The notes under the pieces were generated by a model that saw nothing but the letters and a program-made list of their open reading frames with translations, was not told the origin of the DNA and ran no database searches. Of a DNA stretch of 64,000 nt, positions 58,761 to 64,000 are shown piece after piece (the first letter of the stretch is position 1; each line of letters starts with the position of its first letter). This DNA comes from Thermodesulfobacteriota bacterium (lineage in GTDB: Bacteria > Desulfobacterota_D > UBA1144 > Nemesobacterales > UBA2774): positions 736,001 to 800,000 of the forward strand of contig OY729416.1 in NCBI GenBank assembly GCA_963422265.1, given 5' to 3'. The position numbers and the translations under genes are program-made.

Positions 58761-59308
58761 TATGCTTTTGCACCAGCCTTGCCGGGTTTCAGCTTTAATA
58801 TCTCACCAGAATATCTGATCCCCTTGCCCTTATAGGAATCGGGAGACCTCAGCTTCCTAATTCTTGCAGCTGTTTCCCCAACCAACTGCTTATCAATCCC
58901 ATGAAGAACTACCCTTGTTCCCCTTTCCTCTATCTGGGCAGAAATCTCATTAGGAAGCGCAAAATCAACCGGGTTTGAGTATCCTATATTAAACTTAATT
59001 CCATTTTTCCCAAGTGCTTCTGCCTTATAACCAACACCGACTATATCCAGAGTTTTAGTAAAACCATCGCTTACCCCAGCGACCATATTTGCCACAAGAG
59101 AACGCGTCAGCCCGTGCAAAGCTTTTGCCTTCTTCTCATCGCTTTTTCTCCCTATCAATATTTTTTGCTCTTCTACCTTAGCATTTATACCATAAGGAAT
59201 ATCCCAAGAGAGCTTCCCCTTTTCACCTTCCACTTCAATGAGAGAACCTCTGAAATTAACCTTTACCCTGTCGGGAACGTTTATCGGTTTTCTACCAATT
59301 CGAGACAT
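58760..59308 (-). CDS. rplF: 50S ribosomal protein L6
   Basis: MSRIG, YKGKGIRY. Confidence 0.97.
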   Translation of the reverse strand: MSRIGRKPINVPDRVKVNFRGSLIEVEGEKGKLSWDIPYGINAKVEEQKILIGRKSDEKKAKALHGLTRSLVANMVAGVSDGFTKTLDIVGVGYKAEALGKNGIKFNIGYSNPVDFALPNEISAQIEERGTRVVLHGIDKQLVGETAARIRKLRSPDSYKGKGIRYSGEILKLKPGKAGAKA

Positions 59309-59317
59309 TGAATATCC

Positions 59318-59710
59318 TCACAAAATAGAACATATAACCTCACCACCTATACCCTGGCGTCGTGCCTCAGCTCCCGTCATTATGCCTTTCGACGTTGAAA
59401 GAACGCACACTCCAAGCCCATCCTTTATACGTGGGATTCTTTTCTTATCCGCGTAAACTCTCCTGCTAGGCTTACTTATTCTCTTGATCTCTTTTATGAC
59501 GCTCTCCTTACTCTCTGTGTAAGCAAGACCTATGTCTATTACACTAACACTACCTTGGTCGGCGATTTTATAATTAGCAATGTAGCCCTGCTCCTTTAAG
59601 ATTCTCGCCAACTCCCTCTTTAGCTTCGACGCCGGAATTGATACAGACTTATGCCCAGCGGTCAAGGCGTTTCTAATTCTCGTTAACATATCAGCAATTG
59701 GGTCTGTCAT
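59318..59710 (-). CDS. rpsH: 30S ribosomal protein S8
   Basis: DPIADMLTRIRN, STSKG, GGEV. Confidence 0.98.
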   Translation of the reverse strand: MTDPIADMLTRIRNALTAGHKSVSIPASKLKRELARILKEQGYIANYKIADQGSVSVIDIGLAYTESKESVIKEIKRISKPSRRVYADKKRIPRIKDGLGVCVLSTSKGIMTGAEARRQGIGGEVICSIL

Positions 59711-59751
59711 AATATAACTCCCGCTTAAATATATACATCGCTTTTACCAAG

Positions 59752-59937
59752 CTACCAACTGGCTTTTCTAACGCCGGGAAGCTTGCCAAAGCTCGCAAGA
59801 TCCCTGAAACAAAGCCTACACATATTGAATTTGCGCATGAAACCCCGCGGTCTGCCGCACAGAGGACAACGATTGCCACTCCTTACCTTGAACTTAGGCT
59901 CTCTTTTAGACTTTTCTATCAAAGCTTTACGAGTCAT
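59752..59937 (-). CDS. rpsN: 30S ribosomal protein S14 (zinc-binding type Z)
   Basis: RCPLCGR..CRLCFR..KASW. Confidence 0.96.
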   Translation of the reverse strand: MTRKALIEKSKREPKFKVRSGNRCPLCGRPRGFMRKFNMCRLCFRDLASFGKLPGVRKASW

Positions 59938-59948
59938 AACACCCTCCC

Positions 59949-60503
59949 CTAGCTTTTCGTAAAAGGCATTCCAAGCTCTTCCAAGAGCCCCCTGCCTTCC
60001 TCATCAGTGCGTGCGCTAGTTACTATAGTTACGTTCATTCCTTTTATATTCTGCACTTTGCTATAGTCTATCTCCGGGAAAACTATTTGCTCTTTGATAC
60101 CCAACGTATAATCACCCATTCCGTCAAACGCCTTTATAGACACTCCACGAAAATCTCTCACCCTGGGCAGCGCCAGATTAATAAGCCTGTCCAAGAACTC
60201 ATACATTTTAGCCCCCCTAAGAGTTACGGAACATCCTATAGGAAGCCCATCCCTTAGCTTAAAACCAGCAATAGACTTCCTTGCTTTATTTACTACCGGT
60301 CTTTGCCCTGATATCTGTGCAAGCTCTTTAACTGCTTCATCAATTATCTTTTTATCTCTTCCAGAATCACTCATTCTGCCGAGCCCCATATTGATCACTA
60401 TCTTTTCAAGTTTGGGAACCTGCATAGCATTCTTATATGAAAATCTTTCCATCAATGCAGGCGTAACTTTCTTGGCATACAAATCCTTTAATCTAAAGGG
60501 CAT
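59949..60503 (-). CDS. rplE: 50S ribosomal protein L5
   Basis: [24 protein letters not shown]. Confidence 0.98.
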   Translation of the reverse strand: MPFRLKDLYAKKVTPALMERFSYKNAMQVPKLEKIVINMGLGRMSDSGRDKKIIDEAVKELAQISGQRPVVNKARKSIAGFKLRDGLPIGCSVTLRGAKMYEFLDRLINLALPRVRDFRGVSIKAFDGMGDYTLGIKEQIVFPEIDYSKVQNIKGMNVTIVTSARTDEEGRGLLEELGMPFTKS

Positions 60504-60505
60504 TG

Positions 60506-60856
60506 CTAATTAATCTCCTCCCCACTCTTTTTACTATATCTGACATTTTCCCCACTGCTGAGCGATCTTCGTCCTATACGCACAGGACGTCCCAAAGTTG
60601 CGTCATAGTGCATTAGGTTGGAAATATGAATTGGGGCTTCCTTTTCTATAATGCCGCCTGTCGGATTCTTTTGAGACGGACGCGCGTGACGCCTCACTAT
60701 ATTCAATTTTTCTACAAGAGCGGAATCTTTAGATTTAAGAACTTTAATTACTTTACCAGTCCTACCTTTTTCCTTACCCGACTTCACATAAACTGTATCC
60801 CCGGTTTTTATATTTACCCTTTTTTTATTACTGTTTTTACTTGCCCGTATAGCCAT
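60506..60856 (-). CDS. rplX: 50S ribosomal protein L24
   Basis: KOW motif [17 protein letters not shown]. Confidence 0.96.
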   Translation of the reverse strand: MAIRASKNSNKKRVNIKTGDTVYVKSGKEKGRTGKVIKVLKSKDSALVEKLNIVRRHARPSQKNPTGGIIEKEAPIHISNLMHYDATLGRPVRIGRRSLSSGENVRYSKKSGEEIN

Positions 60857-61225
60857 TCAGACAACCTCCGGAGCCAAGGATATTATTTTCATAAAGCCCT
60901 TTACCCGAAGCTCACGGGCTATGGGTCCAAAAACGCGCGTTCCCATAGGTTCGTTGTCCTTCGTTATAAGAACTGCAGCATTACTATCAAACCTCACGTA
61001 AGAACCGTCAGTTCTTCTTTGCTCTTTCTTCACGCGCACAACTACCGCTCTATGTATATCACCCTTTTCCACTTTAGCATTAGGAATTGCCTCTTTAATA
61101 GAAACAACTACTATATCACCAAGCCTCGCATATTTCCTGCCAGATCCACCTAACACTTTAATACAGAATAGGTTCTTAGCACCAGTATTATCAGCAGAAT
61201 CTAGGTAACTTGTCGATTGAATCAA
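60857..61225 (-). CDS. rplN: 50S ribosomal protein L14
   Basis: ADNTGAK, GTRVFGP, SLAPEV. Confidence 0.98.
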   Translation of the reverse strand: MIQSTSYLDSADNTGAKNLFCIKVLGGSGRKYARLGDIVVVSIKEAIPNAKVEKGDIHRAVVVRVKKEQRRTDGSYVRFDSNAAVLITKDNEPMGTRVFGPIARELRVKGFMKIISLAPEVV

Positions 61226-61248
61226 TCGTTACTCCTCCGTAATATGAA

Positions 61249-61530
61249 CTAATCCACAACAACGTCAGCACGCGCCTGTCCTGCGTGCTCAAGTATTTTG
61301 CTGACTCTCCACCTCTTTGTTTTACTCTTTGGCTTAGTCTCAAGAATCAACACCCTATCTCCCATCTTACAAAACTCGTTTTCGTCATGCGCCTTAAATT
61401 TCACATTTCTCTTAATAGCTTTCTTATATTTCGGATGCTCTTTCACCCTTACAACGTCAACAACAACGGTCTTGTCCATCTTGTTGCTAATTACAGTCCC
61501 TGTCTTCGACTTGAATTTTCCTCTTGCCAT
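61249..61530 (-). CDS. rpsQ: 30S ribosomal protein S17
   Basis: [22 protein letters not shown]; start taken at MARGK. Confidence 0.95.
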   Translation of the reverse strand: MARGKFKSKTGTVISNKMDKTVVVDVVRVKEHPKYKKAIKRNVKFKAHDENEFCKMGDRVLILETKPKSKTKRWRVSKILEHAGQARADVVVD

Positions 61531-61535
61531 TGATT

Positions 61536-61745
61536 TCACCTCGCCCCCAGAAGAAGCTTCTTCTCTTTTATTATAGTATTTACACGCGCAAGTTCTCTTC
61601 TCAAGGTTTTTATCCTACCGACGTTGGTAGTCTGCTGAGTTGATACCTGCACCTTTAGATTAAATAGCTCCTCACTCGTCTCGCCCTTTTTCTTAACCAA
61701 CTCAGTCTCGGTCAACTCCCTTAGCTCATTCGCCTTCACGATCAA
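61536..61745 (-). CDS. rpmC: 50S ribosomal protein L29
   Basis: ELRE, ELFNL, R.LAR..T; position between rplP and rpsQ. Confidence 0.93.
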   Translation of the reverse strand: MIVKANELRELTETELVKKKGETSEELFNLKVQVSTQQTTNVGRIKTLRRELARVNTIIKEKKLLLGAR

Positions 61746-62158
61746 ATACCCCCACCACGCGCCACCACCTTGGTTCTAAAGGGAAGCTTATGAGACGCAA
61801 GTCTAAACGCTTCCTTAGCAAGATCATATGAAAGACCACCCATTTCATAAATCATTGTCCCCTTCTTAATTGCCGCTATGTAATGATCAACGTCTCCTTT
61901 TCCTTTACCCATTCTAGTCTCAGCCGGCTTTTTCGTGATCGCCTTATGAGGAAACACTCGAATCCAGAGATTAGCCCCTCTTCTAACGTGGCGCATTATG
62001 GCAATACGGGCAGCCTCTATCTGCCTAGAGGTCAACTTGCCACATTCAACGGATTGAAGACCAAAATCCCCGAACGCCAGCGACGCCCCCTTAGTAGCCT
62101 TACCTCTGATTCTTCCCTTATGCTGTTTTCTATACTTTGTACGCGACGGCTGCAACAT
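61742..62158 (-). CDS. rplP: 50S ribosomal protein L16
   Basis: MLQP.R.KYRK, RMGKGKG. Confidence 0.98.
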   Translation of the reverse strand: MLQPSRTKYRKQHKGRIRGKATKGASLAFGDFGLQSVECGKLTSRQIEAARIAIMRHVRRGANLWIRVFPHKAITKKPAETRMGKGKGDVDHYIAAIKKGTMIYEMGGLSYDLAKEAFRLASHKLPFRTKVVARGGGI

Positions 62159-62170
62159 ATATTATCACCA

Positions 62171-62824
62171 TTAGACGACTTGCTTACTTCCCCTTTCCAA
62201 TACCTCACCCTTAAAAATCCACACTTTGATACCTATAATTCCATAAGTGGTTTTTGCTTCTGCAAGACCGTAATCTATATCTGCTCTGAGGGTAGTTAAA
62301 GGAACTCTTCCCTCTCTGTACCACTCTGTCCTTGCGATTTCAGCCCCCCCGAGCCTACCCGACACCATAATCTTTATTCCCAAAGCACCAAGTCTAAGCG
62401 CAGACGCCATGGACCTTTTCATTGCACGCCTGAATGTAACCCTTCTCTCTAGCTGAAGAGCAACATTCTCCGCAACCAACTGGGCATCTATCTCAGGACG
62501 CTTGACTTCTCTTATATCCAGATAAATATCCTTTCCTGTCATATTAGACAGTCTTTGCCTGAGAGATTCTATTTCCTGCCCCTTTCTACCAATTATTTTT
62601 CCGGGACGTGCGGAGTTTATAATAATTCTTACTCTCTCAGAAGCTGCCCTTTCTAATTCTATTTTAGATATTGCCGCCTGATAAAACTCATTCTTAATAA
62701 GTCTCCTTATTTTCAAATCTTCATGGAGAAGCTCTGCGTACCTCTGCTTCTCGGCAAACCACTTAGAATCCCAGCCCTTTGTAATTCCCAACCTTAGCCC
62801 AATAGGGCAAACTTTTTGACCCAA
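62171..62824 (-). CDS. rpsC: 30S ribosomal protein S3
   Basis: Likely TTG start (MGQKV.P.GLRLG); [10 protein letters not shown]. Confidence 0.97.
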   Translation of the reverse strand: MGQKVCPIGLRLGITKGWDSKWFAEKQRYAELLHEDLKIRRLIKNEFYQAAISKIELERAASERVRIIINSARPGKIIGRKGQEIESLRQRLSNMTGKDIYLDIREVKRPEIDAQLVAENVALQLERRVTFRRAMKRSMASALRLGALGIKIMVSGRLGGAEIARTEWYREGRVPLTTLRADIDYGLAEAKTTYGIIGIKVWIFKGEVLERGSKQVV

Positions 62825-62825
62825 C

Positions 62826-63164
62826 TTAAAGCCCCCTCTCTTCAAGAACTATAGTGATATGGCTCATCCTCTTTTTTCTGGACGATGCACGTCCCATTGC
62901 TCTAGCTCTGATTCTTTTAAGCGTAGGACCTTTGGAAGCATAAGCCTCCTTTACATATAGGGTTTCGGTATCGTTATGCCCCTTCTCAGACGCATTAGCA
63001 ACCGCTGATTTAAGTAGCTTTGCAATGTCAAGCGATGACCTTTTTCTTAGGGCAGAAAGAGTAGAGAAAGCACTTTCGACTCCTACTCCTTTTATCAAGT
63101 CCAAGACTACGCCCACCTTTTTGGGTGATGACCTATAATACTTTTTAACGGCTTGGGACACCAT
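62826..63164 (-). CDS. rplV: 50S ribosomal protein L22
   Basis: SAVANA, RA.GRA, SHITIV. Confidence 0.96.
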   Translation of the reverse strand: MVSQAVKKYYRSSPKKVGVVLDLIKGVGVESAFSTLSALRKRSSLDIAKLLKSAVANASEKGHNDTETLYVKEAYASKGPTLKRIRARAMGRASSRKKRMSHITIVLEERGL

Positions 63165-63196
63165 TGAACCTATCCTTGCTCATTAATTTTAAATCC

Positions 63197-63484
63197 TTAT
63201 CTTTTACCTATCTTAGACCTCTTATCCCCAGCGTGACCTGAAAAATGCCTCGTAGGAGAGAACTCCCCCAGCTTATGCCCCACCATGTGCTCAGTAGCAT
63301 AAACGGGAATAAATCTTTTCCCATTGTGAACAGCAAATGTAAGGCCTATCATATCGGGAGTTATCATAGAACTCCTTGACCACGTTTTTATTATACGAGG
63401 GCTTCCCAACGAAGCCTTCTCAACTTCAACCTTCTTGATCAACTTCTCATTTACATAAGGACCTTTTTTATTAGACCTCGGCAT
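63197..63484 (-). CDS. rpsS: 30S ribosomal protein S19
   Basis: KTWSR, HNG, GHKLGEF. Confidence 0.98.
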   Translation of the reverse strand: MPRSNKKGPYVNEKLIKKVEVEKASLGSPRIIKTWSRSSMITPDMIGLTFAVHNGKRFIPVYATEHMVGHKLGEFSPTRHFSGHAGDKRSKIGKR

Positions 63485-63493
63485 ACCTTCTCC

Positions 63494-64000
63494 TTAATCC
63501 ATTCCGTAACCAATTCTTCTGCGCTTAACGATAAACTTATCCGTCCTCTTATTTGCTCTAGTTTTATACCCTATTGTGATCCAACCCCATGGAGATACAG
63601 GATGCGGATTTCCCTTGGTTGCTTTCCCCTCTCCACCACCGTGAGGATGGTCAACAGGATTCATCGCTACGCCCCTCACCGTTGGGCGCTTGCCTAGGTG
63701 GCGCTTTCTACCCGCTTTACCAAGCACAATCAACTCGTGCTCTAAATTGCCTACTCTGCCAATGGTAGCCATACAGTCTATATGAATCAGACGAATCTCG
63801 CTAGACGCTAACTTAAGTTGAGCATAATCGCCCTCTTTCGCTACAATCTGGGCTGAAGCACCAGCAGATCTTGCGATCTTACCACCACCTTTAGGCTTTA
63901 ACTCTATATTATGAACTATGGTTCCAACTGGGATACTCCTTATCGGAAGCGCGTTGCCTACCACAACCTCGACGTCGTCACCGGAAACCACAAAATCTCC
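63494..64000 (-). CDS. rplB: 50S ribosomal protein L2 (5' part outside window)
   Basis: [20 protein letters not shown]. Confidence 0.98.
   Translation of the reverse strand, partial: GDFVVSGDDVEVVVGNALPIRSIPVGTIVHNIELKPKGGGKIARSAGASAQIVAKEGDYAQLKLASSEIRLIHIDCMATIGRVGNLEHELIVLGKAGRKRHLGKRPTVRGVAMNPVDHPHGGGEGKATKGNPHPVSPWGWITIGYKTRANKRTDKFIVKRRRIGYGMD

Noticed and set aside
820..62299. Numerous 60-210 aa ORFs antisense to or overlapping known genes (e.g. 9823-10338, 14232-14858, 39710-40285, 60626-61153)
   Set aside because: Shadow frames of well-supported genes, with no independent signals
1..64000. CRISPR array, rRNA or IS elements
   Set aside because: No regularly spaced 25-45 nt repeats, rRNA-like sequence or transposase ORFs observed

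Overview
A 64-kb bacterial chromosomal window (roughly 40-45% GC by eye, standard code with TGA as stop), mostly housekeeping genes, with most genes on the minus strand. The organism is a diderm (lgt, lnt, tolB, TonB-dependent receptor, porin). Its gene set is deltaproteobacteria-like: futalosine menaquinone genes, carD, DUF1844, mtnP-pfkB, and rpsD within the alpha operon. A Desulfobacterota/Dadabacteria-like lineage is my tentative guess only. The right 13 kb is the S10-spc-alpha ribosomal cluster (partial rplB to rplQ), which lacks rpmD (L30). The window also holds tRNA-Lys(TTT) and tRNA-Glu(TTC). Non-routine observations: (1) a probable Fur-regulated operon encoding a porin, a flavinylation-motif FMN-binding protein and a His-bearing membrane protein, a candidate reductive iron-uptake module; (2) a 561-bp segment present twice (16377-16937 and 32528-33088) whose six coding differences are all synonymous; (3) a decaying type II R-M locus with an intact methyltransferase, a frameshifted endonuclease and an adjacent gene interrupted by an in-frame TGA; (4) unannotated small membrane ORFs, one with a clear promoter and RBS; (5) intergenic mosaics of degenerate REP-like palindromes. 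No CRISPR array, integrase or transposase was seen. All family assignments come from motif recognition, not database searches.
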